DNA from: Eledone cirrhosa
Lineage: Eukaryota
DNA length: 64,000 nt
Assembly (NCBI GenBank): GCA_964016885.1
Contig: OZ024743.1
Coordinates: 226,176,001-226,240,000, forward strand
Direction of reading: 5' to 3'
Positions 1 through 12,984 of the stretch are shown one piece after another. Made by a program: the position numbers and the translations under genes. Under the pieces are notes generated by a model. It did not search any database, had not been told where the DNA came from, and saw nothing but the letters and a program-made list of their open reading frames with translations. Position 1 is the first letter of the stretch, and each line of letters starts with the position of its first letter.

Positions 1-68
1 GTGTGCTGGGTACACAAGCAATAGGACATGTGGGTTTGCCTGCCAGCGACATATCAAACATATCGGGT

Positions 69-157
69 ATCATCTGAGGATACCGTTCTCATAACAACAG
101 CAAATGCATAAAGGACATCTCGATTGCATGGAGAACCGTGGAAATAATTATAATAAT
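69..157 (+). ncRNA. Type I hammerhead ribozyme motif with long stem II
   Basis: ATCAT-CTGAGGA(74-80)-tac.gttctc...gagaac.gtg-GAAA(141-144)-TAATTA-T-A-ATAAT; stem III palindrome ATAATTAT; one mismatch in stem I. Confidence 0.65.
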
Positions 158-291
158 TAAACGATATATGTACACCTCTGTATCTTATTTTGTTATTTTT
201 ATAAAATTCTCCATCGTACCTAAAAACTACGATTGTTGAGAGAGCTTTCTCTTGATTACTCCTGTTTTTACCAAATCAATCTCTTCTGAAC

Positions 292-448
<157 letters not shown>

Positions 449-694
449 GACGTAAAATAAGAAAATTTTAAAAAATTAAAAATTAACTTACTTACTCTTA
501 ATACCACCCCACTCCCAACTGACTAACCTCAGTGTCACGTGATTGATTCTTTAGAATACACCACTGACCAGAGGCAGTGAACTTTTTCAGTGCTATGGAA
601 TTTAGTCCCCGCTAGCTTATTACATCCACTGAATTATTATTTTTATATGAGTTCCTAGTGTCCGCGCATTGCCTGGGAACTTAGCTGAGGATAG

Positions 695-776
695 ACTCCC
701 TGATGACGTAATGAATTCTCGATAGTTACATTGTGCAACTATATTTATCCCATTACAGAAACTAATTAGTTGGAGT
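695..776 (+). ncRNA. Type I hammerhead, family A copy 1
   Basis: ACTCC-CTGATGA-cGTAATG...CATTACa-GAAA-CTAATTAG-T-T-GGAGT. Confidence 0.8.
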
Positions 777-1224
777 GAAAATTTTAGTAAGTTAATTTTA
801 AATTTTTTTAAATTTTCTTATTTTACGTCTTTCATATAATTGTTCTGCATCCCCCTGCATTGAACCACCTAGGTACTTTGACATAACTTATATATTTACT
901 AGTATTAGTGTACATCTGTACACATATGTTGGTAGATGTATTAATTCTATATATTTATCTCCAAATTATTTGTTGAGCAAATTGCAAAATCTACTGCTAA
1001 TTCATAGTAGTAGTAGTAGGCTTTGTCATAATACCACCCCACTCCTAACTGACTAACCTCAGTGTCACGTGATTGATTCTTTAGAATACACCACTAACCA
1101 GAGGCAGTGAACTTTTTCAGTGCTATGGAATTTAGTCCCCGCTAGCTTATTACATCCACTGAATTATTATTTTTATATGAGTTCCTAGTGTCCGCGCATT
1201 GCCTGGGAACTTAGCTGAGAATAG

Positions 1225-1306
1225 ACTCCCTGATGACGTAATGAATTCTCGATAGTTACATTGTGTAACTATATTTATCCCATTACAGAAACTAATTAGT
1301 TGGAGT
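1225..1306 (+). ncRNA. Type I hammerhead, family A copy 2
   Basis: Same core; inner hairpin atagttaca-ttg-tgtaactat. Confidence 0.8.
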
Positions 1307-1767
1307 GAAAATTTTAGTAAGTAAGTTAATTTTTAATTTTTTAAAAATTTTTCTTATTTTACGTCTTTCATATAATTGTTCTGCATCCCCCTGCATTGAA
1401 CCACCTAGGTACTATGACATAACTTATGTATTTGCTAGCATTAATGTACATCTGTACTCATATGTTGTTAGATATACTAATTCTCTATATTTATCTCCAA
1501 ATTATTTATTTGTTGAGAAAACCTGCCAAATCCACTACTAATTCATTGGTGTGGTAGTAGGCTTTTGTCATCTTACCAACCCACTCCTTCCGACTAGCCT
1601 CAGTGTCACGTGACTGATTCTTTAGAATCTACCATTTGACCAGAGACAGCGAACTTTTTCAGTGCATGGAATTTAGTCCCCGCTAGCTGTTCCATTCACC
1701 GAATTATTATTATTTTTATATGAGTCCCTAGTGTCCGCGCATTGCCTGGAGACTTAGCTGAGAATAG

Positions 1768-1849
1768 ACTCCCTGATGACGTAATGAATTCTCGATGGTT
1801 ACATTACGTAACTATCTTTATCCCATTACAGAAACTAATTAGTTGGAGT
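1768..1849 (+). ncRNA. Type I hammerhead, family A copy 3
   Basis: Same core; inner hairpin gatggttac/gtaactatc keeps pairing via G-U. Confidence 0.8.
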
Positions 1850-2346
1850 GAAAATTTTAGTAAGTAAGTTAATTTTTAATTTTTTTTTAAATTTTCTTAT
1901 TTTACGTCTTTCATATATATATATATATATTTATTTATTTATTTATATAAAAGTAAGAGCGAGAATATATATATATATATATACACCAGTTCAGTAAAAT
2001 GATTAAACTTCATATTACTATTAAATATATATTAAGTGAAATTCTTTAAATTATTAAATTCATTGTGAATCTATTTTAGGTGGGTCCTTTAGAGAGAGAT
2101 AAGACATGATTAAACATTCATCTTTAAACCTAACAATGAATGGCCAAATTGTTTCCTAAAATATAAAATCCTATTAGTCAACAAACCTCTTCTCACTCAT
2201 ATTTATATATACACGTATCTAAAAGATTCTCACTACTATTCAATTCAAAATAATTGTGATGAAAATGTATTTCAGCATTCATTATAACATAAATATTATT
2301 ATTATCAATATCTAGAATAATGTTATATATAAGTTATATATATTAA

Positions 2347-2418
2347 TTTGTCTGAAGAGAACACGTAGGGCAGTTATTTTTATCAATTGTCTTACGTCTT
2401 TAAAATACATATAACAAA
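2347..2418 (+). ncRNA. Degenerate type I hammerhead
   Basis: TTTGT-CTGAAGA-...acgtagggcagtt/aattgtcttacgt...-AAAA (G12 lost)-TACATA-T-A-ACAAA. Confidence 0.5.
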
Positions 2419-2560
2419 ATAAATACGGATGTACAAATGAAACCGTCTTTCTTGTTTATTATTATATTATTATAATAAACTCCGGATGAACAAAAAGCGT
2501 GGAGTGCTTTACATCTATAAAGAAATAAGTCGGCAGATTTTCAATCAACCAACTTTCTAC

Positions 2561-2598
<38 letters not shown>

Positions 2599-2924
2599 AT
2601 AATAATAAATTTGAAGAGTAAAATCCAAGGAGGGCTCGATAAGGATAAATATATATCAGATATATAAGAACCGTAGAGCAAATATTTATTGGTGCGTACG
2701 TTCGTATGTGTGCGGGTACTTGCGTTGCGTGGGTTCTGAATGTGTGTGCGTGGGTTTTTTTTGTGTGTACGTGCTTGTATTTGCATACCCATGGCGAGAG
2801 TTTTCGCGTATGCTTGTGTATGTACGTATATGGATGCGTGTATTTGGATGCGTTAATTTCAATTATCTCTGTATTTTATTTACTTTATTCTTAACTCTGA
2901 AGCCGAGAATCATTCGGTTTCTTA

Positions 2925-3385
2925 AATAGAATTTTAGTCTACGACTTCAGTTATACCATTTACGTGGTTTTGTCTTTGCGTGTAATTGTTCTCATTGCTC
3001 CACAGAATGACGTATTATCTTCGTTTTTTCCGTTCATTGCCAGAGAACGTCTCGATGAACCAGCTAATAGAATATTAGTCTACGACTTCATTTATACCAT
3101 AAACGTGGTTTTGTCTTTGCGTGTAATTGTTTTTCACCGCTCCAAATAATGACGTATTATCTTCGTTTTTTCCGTTCTTTGCCAGGGAACGTTTCCACGA
3201 ACCAAAGTATCGAACGAAAGTATCGAACCAAAGCATCGAACCAAGGTAACGTCTTCCTGTCTTCCTTCGGCTGCAACGTTTTTTGAAATATTTACTTCTG
3301 GATTGACTTGTTTTAGTTTCAGAAGATTCCGTTAAGGGTGAACGCAGCAATCCTTTACTTAAACTTTAATCTGTTATTTTAATAT
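2925..3385. repeat. Interspersed repeat with 141-bp direct duplication and short cgaaccaaagtat repeats
   Basis: 2925-3063 matches 3066-3203; tail 3328-3385 recurs at 26410-26465. Confidence 0.7.
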
Positions 3386-3399
3386 ATATATATATATAT

Positions 3400-4124
3400 C
3401 AGTATGTACACGTACATACATATATGTATACAGACGTACAGTAGTATGTATATATATATATATATACATGCACACATATATATATATGTACGTATGGATT
3501 CACCGAAAATTTATTATAATGCTCGGTGTGTTTGTAAACAAACATCCCGTTTTAAGCCGTAGTGTCCAGCAACCATCGTTGCTCGTTTGTTCAACACTGA
3601 CAAAGGAACGCTGTACTAGTTTCAAGCTTATTAGCTATCGTCAGCAACGTATACCTTCCTGCCAGATTGTTGAACGTATATACTTACCTTATGCATATTA
3701 ACAGCTGAGAAGCCCAATTTGCATATCGAGTAGGTTAATCGGCCGGGTGCACCGAAAACGATAAACGGAAAAAATGAAACGAAATTACATTTCCCACTCT
3801 TAGTACGGCTGTTACTTAAATATAAGTATGTACACGTACACACATATATGTATACAGACGTACAGTAGTATGTATATATATATACATACATGCACACATA
3901 TATATATATGTACGTATGGATTCACCGAACATGTATTATAATGCTCGGTGTGTTTGTAAACAAACATCCCGTATTAAGCCGTAGTGTCCAGCAACCATCG
4001 TTGCTCGTTTGTTCAACACTGACAAAAGAACGCTGCACTAGTTTCAAGCTTATTAGCTATCGTCAGCTCAAGTAACAATCGTACTAAGAGTGGGAAATGA
4101 AATTTCGTTTCATTTTTTCCGTTT
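3400..4124 (-). mobile_element. Non-coding tandem HHR multimer, family B (422-bp unit), with inverted terminal fragment
   Basis: Period 422 (3468 vs 3890); HHRs at 3609-3649 and 4031-4067 (-); 4069-4124 is an inverted copy of about 3760-3818; flanked by (TA)n. Confidence 0.8.
3609..3649 (-). ncRNA. Minimal type I hammerhead, family B
   Basis: CGTTG-CTGACGA-tAGCTaataAGCTt-GAAA-CTAG-T-A-CAGCG on the minus strand. Confidence 0.85.
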
Positions 4125-4161
4125 ATATATATGTATATATATATATATGCACACACATACC

Positions 4162-4271
<110 letters not shown>

Positions 4272-4492
4272 TATATATATATAGATATATAGATAGATAT
4301 ATAGGTATGTGTGTGCACATAATCTTCTATGGTGATATACATAACAAAATAACATACATCAACACTGGGTCTTTAAAACTTTTTAGAGGTTTATAAAATG
4401 TCTATCAGCAAAGATAAGATCTTACCTTATTTTACTAGAAAGATATACATTTAGATTATAAACATATACATGCATATATAAATATACACACG

Positions 4493-4533
<41 letters not shown>

Positions 4534-4596
4534 ATATACCCAATATAAATATATATCTATATTATATATATTAATATATATACCCAAAATAAATAA

Positions 4597-4653
<57 letters not shown>

Positions 4654-4681
4654 TGTATGCACGAATAGATATAATGTATGG

Positions 4682-4752
<71 letters not shown>

Positions 4753-4770
4753 AAATATATGTATGTATGC

Positions 4771-4827
<57 letters not shown>

Positions 4828-5449
4828 TGTGATTCTTGTGTATATAGAGAAATACCTTCTGGGGTACATTTAAAATTGGAATGGTATTCACGCATCGAAA
4901 CTAATGGAATTAAAGCCTCTGGCTTTTGGTAAACACTTTTGATTGCCTTATCGCTTCGTGTATTCAAACACAAAAACAAATGCGCACACATACACACACA
5001 TATATTTGTATATAGCTATATACTGTTTTCATATAAGTGTATATACATACACACACACAGATATAGTTGCATTTTTTTACTTTTATTTTATATAGAAATG
5101 ACTTCTACAAGACTATAACTGTTTCATTCAACACAACTCGGAGATCTATATAATATATATATATATACAGATATATATACATATATATATACATATATAT
5201 ATACATATATATATATGTGTAGGGATGTAGAGGATGCAGGTGTGCTTATTTGTGTGGGTAATATATATATATATATATATATATTTTATGTATACCTATA
5301 TATGTATGCACATATATAAGTATATATATATAATCATATATATATAAATATATATATATCGATCAACTTTGGTCAAATCGGACCGAGGAAACAATGTTTC
5401 CGTTGGTCTTTCCAATTGCCAATATTATCTATCGGTCGCAACTCCAGGT

Positions 5450-5572
5450 AGAAGGAGCAACGTGAAATAAAATGTCTTGCTCAAGGACATAACGTATCGC
5501 CCGGTCCAGGAATCGAATTCACAACCTCACGATTGCGAATCCAGTTTTATAACCAATCAGTCACACACCTTC
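5450..5572 (-). mobile_element. tRNA-derived SINE fragment with CORE-like segment
   Basis: Minus strand has B-box-like aTTCGATTCC followed by tgtccttgagcaagacattttatttcacgttgctc; related head at 24455-24500. Confidence 0.6.
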
Positions 5573-5852
5573 ACTAACCAATCAGCCACACGATGTAGGT
5601 AAAATGCCTCGGAAAGCTATTTGCTTGTATATACTATAGTATGTCATATACGATATGTAGTGAGGAGAAAAACTTTAATTAACTGAGATTATCTTCGCAA
5701 ACTTGAAGCGAGAACGATATTGAGAAAGTATGTGATACAAACCTGAAGCCTGTATCTAAGAGAGACAAATACAGCTGTATTATTTAGTCGTATTCTTTGG
5801 AGAAAAGGATAATATTATATGTAGTAGATCTTGATAGCCAACTGCTGAAAAC

Positions 5853-5891
5853 CATAGACATGCTTCGATCTTTGTTGATCTCATCAGCAAT
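5853..5891 (-). ncRNA. Degenerate minimal hammerhead
   Basis: CTGATGA-GATCaacaaaGATC-GAAG-CATG-T-C; stem I poorly paired. Confidence 0.45.
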
Positions 5892-6220
5892 AAATATTCG
5901 CTTTAGATAAGTGACTTACAATGGCATAATACGTGTTGAAAACGCGTGAGGATAGTGACACAGGTGAGGACTGCTAGTACACCCCCCCCACACACACACA
6001 TACATACACAATGGTAGACTGGGTCTAAAAACATTGGTTGCCAGGAGATGAAGGGGGCCCATATACATATAGAATGCTATCATTTAATTTTTATAATGAA
6101 TAAATAACATTTTCAAAAAATACATAACAGTGCAAACAAAACAGTGCAATCAAATTTTCGTGGAAAATATCTTACCTTCTCCAATGAAAATATGCATTTT
6201 GCGAAATCCAGAGACTATCA

Positions 6221-6340
6221 ATAATTATTTCTACGTTAGACACAAGGCCAGCAATTACCCGGTGCATTACTGGTACTTTATTTTATCGACCCCGTAAGGA
6301 TGAAAGGCAAAGTTAACCTCGGCGGGATTTGAACTCAGAG
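6221..6340 (-). mobile_element. 5'-truncated tRNA-derived SINE with 17-bp target-site duplication
   Basis: B box GAGTTCAAATCCC and conserved gcctttcatccttacggggtcgataaaat domain; cagagactatcaataat at 6209-6225 and 6336-6352. Confidence 0.85.
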
Positions 6341-6374
6341 ACTATCAATAATGACCTTTGGTCTTTCACACTCA

Positions 6375-6420
<46 letters not shown>

Positions 6421-6580
6421 TTATTTAGGTTTGTTGGTTCACCACTGGATAGAACTGGTCATTCTGTATGGTCAATCTCGATGTAATATTATGCATAGCA
6501 CTCAACGTAATGCAACTCACCCGTCTTCGTTTGTGTAGTTGGTGGTGGGAGTACGGAGTTAATTATTATAAAATAATAGG

Positions 6581-6922
6581 AGGCTGGACTGGTGTAATTC
6601 CTTAAAAGGTTTATTATACTATGATCATTTCAATGACCGGGATCAGTATGAATCCGGTGACATCATCAGGTATTCGAAAGGAATATAATAGACAAAATCC
6701 TATGGGGCTGAAAATCAGAGACATGAGAGCGACCGAACATTTAGAAGCTGCTAAATGTTCGGTCGCCCTCATGTCTCTGATTTTCAGCCGCATGGATTTT
6801 GTCTATTATATTCCTTTGTTATATTTCGAATACCTGATGATGTCACCGGATTCATACTGAACCCGGTCATTGAAATGATCATAGTATAATAAACCTTTTA
6901 AGGAATTACACCAGTTCTGCCT
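6581..6922. repeat. Near-perfect ~340-bp foldback with a hammerhead in each arm
   Basis: Arms are reverse complements around ~6745-6750; HHR 6830-6887 (+) ATAC-CTGATGA...GAAA-TGATCA-T-A-GTAT and 6616-6673 (-). Confidence 0.85.
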
Positions 6923-6926
6923 CTGA

Positions 6927-7265
<339 letters not shown>

Positions 7266-7324
7266 AATATAAATATAAATATAAAGTAATCCTGCGAACA
7301 AATATCGTCCGCAGCCTGTATATA

Positions 7325-7401
<77 letters not shown>

Positions 7402-7533
7402 ATACTTTGGGAGGGTCTTGTTGCCAATAAGAAACACACGCACCAGTTGCTTTTACTTCAATTTATTATAAATTAAATTTATAAATTTCCGGTTGGTTGG
7501 TTGGTTCCACAACTAGATGATTGTTCATATATT

Positions 7534-7576
7534 GTCAAAGTTCTTTCGTCACACTTTCTGTGACCTCTTCAGTGAC
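7534..7576 (-). ncRNA. Minimal type I hammerhead in Penelope pLTR
   Basis: GTCA-CTGAAGA-gGTCACagaaagtGTGAC-GAAA-GAAC-T-T-TGAC. Confidence 0.8.
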
Positions 7577-7779
7577 TGGCGATTCTTTTCTTTGTTTGTG
7601 TGCCTCTCCTTTGTTCTGTCCTACGTCATCTTGTTTTTGTGTGTGTTGTGTGCTTAGTTTGCGCATGTGTTACATCCGGGTGCCTGTGTGTGTTTATATT
7701 TGTTTATTTATTTATTTGTTTATTTACATGTTACTGGTTGGTTGTTTGTTCTATGTGTGTGTGTGTTTTCATTTTGTCC

Positions 7780-8409
7780 TTAATTGTAAGTTGTGATGTT
7801 GCTGTTCCATTCATGTTTTCTATTTAATTTTGGTTGGAGTTCATTCATGTTTATTGCCTCTGTGATTTGTCTAAACATTGCGTCTTTTCTGTGTGTAGAT
7901 TCTATTTTTATTTCTATGTTCTCTAATTTACCCTTATGTTCTATTTTAGCATGTTGGTGGAGTACATATGATTCTTTACTATCTTGAAGCTCTCGCCAGT
8001 GTTCATTTATCCGTTCCCCTATACGACGAGCTGTCTCACCTATGTACACTATATTCTTATCTCTACATTGTCCTTCAGTACATCTTATGCTATATACTAC
8101 ATTTCTAGTTTTACAGTTAATATGGGGGCTTAATTTACAGATTTTACATTTCTTATCTATACAGTGAGGTCTTTGAAAAGGGTATGTATTACTAATAAGT
8201 GTTTTTATGGAGGTACCTAGTCTTTCTACTATCTTAATATTGAGTTTATGTTTATCTAGGGCCCTTCTAAATTTGTAAGCTAATTCATCTCTAGGGGTTG
8301 TATCGATGAACATTACACTCTGGTATTTATTGCTATCATACCATGAGTTTATTATATTAACCTTATTCCTAGTTCTTTCTATTCTATTCCAAAATTTGCT
8401 CCTATACAA
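7780..8409 (-). pseudogene. Penelope GIY-YIG endonuclease C-terminal fragment
   Basis: CKIC...CKTRNVVYSIRC...YIGETARRIGERINEH...EAI..QPKLN. Confidence 0.9.
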
Positions 8410-8463
8410 GGGGCAGGTCCCATTTATATCATTATTTACCCTTTTCCCATTTGGTTCTGGCTC

Positions 8464-10140
8464 TGGTACTGCTGGTATGGTGGTGATGGTGTTGGTGGTA
8501 CTGCTGGTATGGTGGTGATGGTGTTGGTGGTACTGCTGGTATCGTGGGGATGGTGTTGTTGCTACTGCTGGTATGGTGGTGATGGTGTTGGTGGTACTGC
8601 TGGTATGGTGGTGATGGTGTTGTTGGTGTTGCTGGTATGGCGGGGATGGTGTTGTTGGTACTGCTGGTATCGTGGGGATGGTGTTGTTGGTACTGCTGGT
8701 ATGGTGGGGATGGTGTTGTTGGTACTGCTGGTATGGTGGTGATGGTGTTGTTGGTGTTGCTGGTATGGCGGGGATGGTGTTGTTGGTTTTGCTGGTATGG
8801 TGGTGATGGTGTTGTTGGTACTGCTGGTATGGTGGTGATGGTGTTGTTGGTGTTGCTGGTATGGTGGGGATGGTGTTGTTGGTGTTGCTGGTATGGTGGT
8901 GATGGTTTTGTTGGTACTGCTGGTATGGTGGTGATGGTGTTGTTGGTGTTGCTGGTATGGTGGTGATGGTGTTGTTGGTACTGCTGGTATGGTGGTGATG
9001 GTGTTGTTGGTGTTGCTGGTATGTGGGGATGGTGTTGTTGGTGTTGCTGGTATGGTGGTGATGGTTTTGTTGGTACTGCTGGTATGGTGGTGATGGTGTT
9101 GTTGGTGTTGCTGGTATGGTGGTGATGGTGTTGGTGGTACTGCTGGTATGGTGGGGATGGTTTTGTTGGTACTGCTGGTATGGTGGTGATGGTGTTGTTG
9201 GTACTGCTGGTATGGTGGTGATGGTGTTGTTGGTACTGCTGGTATGGTGGTGATGGTGTTGTTGGTATGGTGGTGATGGTGGTTATGGTCTTGGTGGTAT
9301 GGTGGTGATGGTGTTGGTGGTACTGCTGGTATGGTGGTGATGGTGTTGTTGGTATGGTGGTGATGGTGGTTATGGTGTTGGTGGTATGGTGGTGATGGTG
9401 TTGTTGGTACTGCTGGTATGGTGGTGATGGTGTTGTTGGTATGGTGCTGATGGTGGTTATGGTCTTGGTGGTATGGTGGTGATGGTGTTGTTGGTGTTGC
9501 TGTTATGGCGGGGATGGTGTTGTTGGTGTTGCTGGTATGGTGGTGATGGTTTTGTTGGTACTGCTGGTATGGTGGTGATGGTGTTGTTGGTGTTGCTGGT
9601 ATGGTGGTGATGGTGTTGGTGGTACTGCTGGTATGGTGGTGATGGTGTTGTTGGTGTTGCTGGTATGGTGGTGATGGTGTTGGTGGTACTGCTGGTATGG
9701 TGGTGATGGTGTTGTTGGTACTTCTGGTATGGTGGGGATGGTGTTGTTGGTACTGCTGGTATGGTGGTGATGGTGTTGGTGGTACTGCTGGTATGGTGGT
9801 GATGGTGTTGTTGCTACTGCTGGTATGGCGGGGATGGTGCTGTTGGTGTTGCTGGTATGGCGGGGATGGTGCTGTTGGTGTTGCTGGTATGGCGGGGATA
9901 GTGTTGTTGGTGTTGCTGGTATGGTGGTAATGGTGTTGTTGGTACTGCTGGTATGGTGGTGATGGTGTTGTTGGTACAGCTGGTATGGTGGTAATGGTGT
10001 TGGTGGTACTGCTGGTATGGTGGTGATGGTGTTGTTGGTGTTGCTGGTATGGTGGTGATGGTGTTGGTGGTACTGCTGGTATGGTGGTGATGGTATTGTT
10101 GGTACTGCTGGTATGGTGGTGATGGTGTTGGTGATGGTGG
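8464..10140. repeat. 32-bp minisatellite array
   Basis: Unit ggtactgctggtatggtggtgatggtgttgtt, about 50 copies; translation cycles through three frames every 96 bp. Confidence 0.95.
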
Positions 10141-10689
10141 TAGTGGTGATGTTGCTGTTGATGGTGGTCTTGTTGGTTATACTATTGCTGCTGGAGTGGT
10201 GTGATGTTCCTTGAGGCGGTGGTCATGGTGACGCTGCAGGTAACGGAGGTGCTGCTGCTGTTGCTAGTACTGCTGGTATGGTGGTTGTGGGGACTGTGAT
10301 GGCGGAGATGGTGATGGTGGTGGTTGTATTTGTACTACTTGGCATACTAGTACTGTGATCTGTTCTTATCTTTTTCAGGTTTGGCTTCAGTTAAATCTCT
10401 GAAGATATCATGTCTCATTTACTGTCTGAACAGTAAGACATTTGCCAACTGTAAACCAAGAAAAACCATGTTATTTGTTTGTTTGTGTACGAGCGTGCGT
10501 ATGGTTATGTGTTTGTGTGTGTGTGTGTGAGCCTGTGTGTATCTATACATGCATGCGTTTGAATGTGCGTGGATTTGTATTTATGCATGTGAGTATATTA
10601 ACCAGCACACACACAAACAAGCATTCATGCCTACATACATACATATATTCATACATACAAACATGGTGGCTGCAAACTCGTTTTCGAGT

Positions 10690-11264
10690 ACAGCCACTAC
10701 TTTATATCCATGTAGGATAACCCCTACCAATGCGCTGAACGAGTGTGTCTTTTTAGTCCAGCCGGCGACTTGAAAACTCTGGTACAAAGACTACACTTGT
10801 GACAATTATTGACAGATAGTGCTGGGACCATGGTACCATGTGATGACAAGTCCAGAGAGATCTCCAGATATAAAGCAATGCCTGTGCCGTGAAACTTTTA
10901 TAGTGAGCAAAGGCACTGCACAAAACCAGTCCCACTCTCTTAATCAAGATGATATTTACCAAAAAGAAAAACAAGTCAACATCATTGGATACCATCAGAG
11001 TTGCAGGTGTTATATCAGAGTTTTCCTTATCCTAGAATTCTGCCTTGACAAAGGCTAAGGGGTCATCTCTCCCGGTGATTTTGGATGGCCATTGACTCTT
11101 AAGAGCTCCTTTGACAGGTTTTGTTTTTAGTCCTGCAGGATGTCCACAGTCACCATCCTCACCTAAAAACCTTGGTGGGGTTGCCAGTTTAGTCGCCAAC
11201 GACCCGACCATGAGACAGGTTGTACTGGGATACATGTTACCAGTAGCACCAACTGGTGACCTGA
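10690..11264 (-). mobile_element. Probable 5' region of an RTE-like non-LTR element
   Basis: Minus strand tagcctttgtcaaggcagaattctaggataaggaaaactctga resembles a motif I recall from RTE 5' UTRs; no intact ORF. Confidence 0.45.
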
Positions 11265-11298
11265 CATACATACATACATACATACATACACACATACA

Positions 11299-11330
<32 letters not shown>

Positions 11331-11561
11331 CATACATACATATATATACATACATACATACATATATATACATATACATATATATACATATACATACACA
11401 CATATACATACATATATATATATATACATACATATATACATATACATACATACATACATACATACATACATACATACATACATACATACATACATACATA
11501 CACAGATACTTAATGCATGCATACATATATACATACACATACCCATATATATATATATATA

Positions 11562-11656
11562 CTGTGTGTTCCAAAAATGTATGCACACTTCAAGAAGCAT
11601 TCTAATAATTTTGTACTGTTAATCAATGTGTGTATACATTTTTGGGTGACACCCTG
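11562..11656. mobile_element. Tc1/mariner-type MITE
   Basis: TIR cagggtgtcc.aaaaatgtatacac, TA flanks; copies at 12202-12285 (partial) and 20390-20488. Confidence 0.75.
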
Positions 11657-11753
11657 TATATATATATATATCTTTCGCTCTCCCCCTCCCCTTCCCCTCC
11701 TGCTCTTTCTCTCTCTCTATTTCTCTCTCTCTCTCTCTCTCTCTCTCGCGCTC

Positions 11754-11871
<118 letters not shown>

Positions 11872-12323
11872 TAATAAATGGAACGAAACAAAACACAGGA
11901 AGCAAAATTAGTTACAATAGGTTCACTCTTGGAGGAAGTGGAGAGGGTGAGCGTAAAGATTTTCCCTGGTTATAAAATACCATTTCTCAGATAGTATTTG
12001 AGATTTTAGTTTTTCATTGTTTTGATTTATAAATCTCAAGTTAAATTTTTTTCTGAACATGTTTCAAATTTTGTCTTCTACAAGAAGCAGTTGTAATTTT
12101 TAGTAACAAAATAGCACATATGAATCCCTGAGCTTTTACTCAGTGTATTTTGTGGTTTTAAAGACTTCATACTCACTCTGTATATACAGAGTGAGTATGT
12201 ACAGGGTGTCCAAAAAATGTATACACACTTCAATAGCATTCTAATAAATATTGCCTGTACAGGTAATCATAGTGAGTATACATGTATATATATATATATA
12301 TGCATATTCACCTCTTCCTCACG

Positions 12324-12414
<91 letters not shown>

Positions 12415-12527
12415 ATGAAGAATTAGAAATAGAAGCCAGGACTATCCATCATCAGTGGTCTACTAGCCATCATAGGTATTTCGTCGCATTAAAGACCAGA
12501 TACCTCAGGCTAGCGCGATACAATAAC

Positions 12528-12758
12528 TAAAATAAGTTATTGGGATAAAAAGAATTGGGTGGAGAAAGAGAGACAGGTAAACAAAAAACGAATTGACGAG
12601 AAGACCCTTCTCGTCAATATTCGCAAGTTCTTGTGTTCAAATGAATCATTAACTTGATTTTCTCATTTTTCCTCTCTTTACGTTGCCTCACCATTCATGT
12701 TTGTTTACCTGTCTCTCTTTCTCCACCCAATTCTTTTCATCCCAATAACTTATTTTAA
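12528..12758. repeat. Inverted repeat with ~58-bp arms and an internal hairpin
   Basis: aaaataagttattgggat...ggtaaacaaa vs tttgtttacc...aataacttatttt; ttgacgagaa/ttctcgtcaa inside. Confidence 0.8.
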
Positions 12759-12865
12759 AAAGGACAGGCAAAGAGGTACATCTACCTATGTTAGCTAGAA
12801 AATTATGTTTACAAGAAATTTTGACCAATCCTCTTGACAAGTACAATCTTCCCATATAAGGAATT

Positions 12866-12961
12866 ACCCCCTGAAAAGTTCGGCTATTTATTTACCTCGC
12901 TAAAAATTCTAATTTAGTCCAGAAATAGCCGTCGAAACGGCTTGAGCTCTGCCGTTGGGGT
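12866..12961 (+). ncRNA. Type I hammerhead, family C (long stems II and III)
   Basis: ACCCC-CTGAAAA-gttCGGCTATTT...AAATAGCCGtc-GAAA-CGGCttGAGCTCtGCCG-T-T-GGGGT; G8 appears mutated in this copy. Confidence 0.7.
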
Positions 12962-12984
12962 CTAACATTTTACTATATATATAT

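Larger units (their letters stand above)
7400..8445 (-). mobile_element. Penelope-like element 3' fragment (GIY-YIG domain + pLTR)
   Basis: ORF 7780-8409 followed by a 3' region containing an HHR; ends at (TA)n. Confidence 0.85.

Noticed and set aside
8464-10140. 32-bp repeats as a CRISPR array
   Set aside because: No unique spacers, no cas genes, eukaryotic context
12455-12515. Additional HHR-like cores (12455-12515 -, 2895-2960 -, 20840-20885 -, 33560-33632 -, 53705-53725 +)
   Set aside because: Core or stems too degenerate to distinguish from chance; not counted
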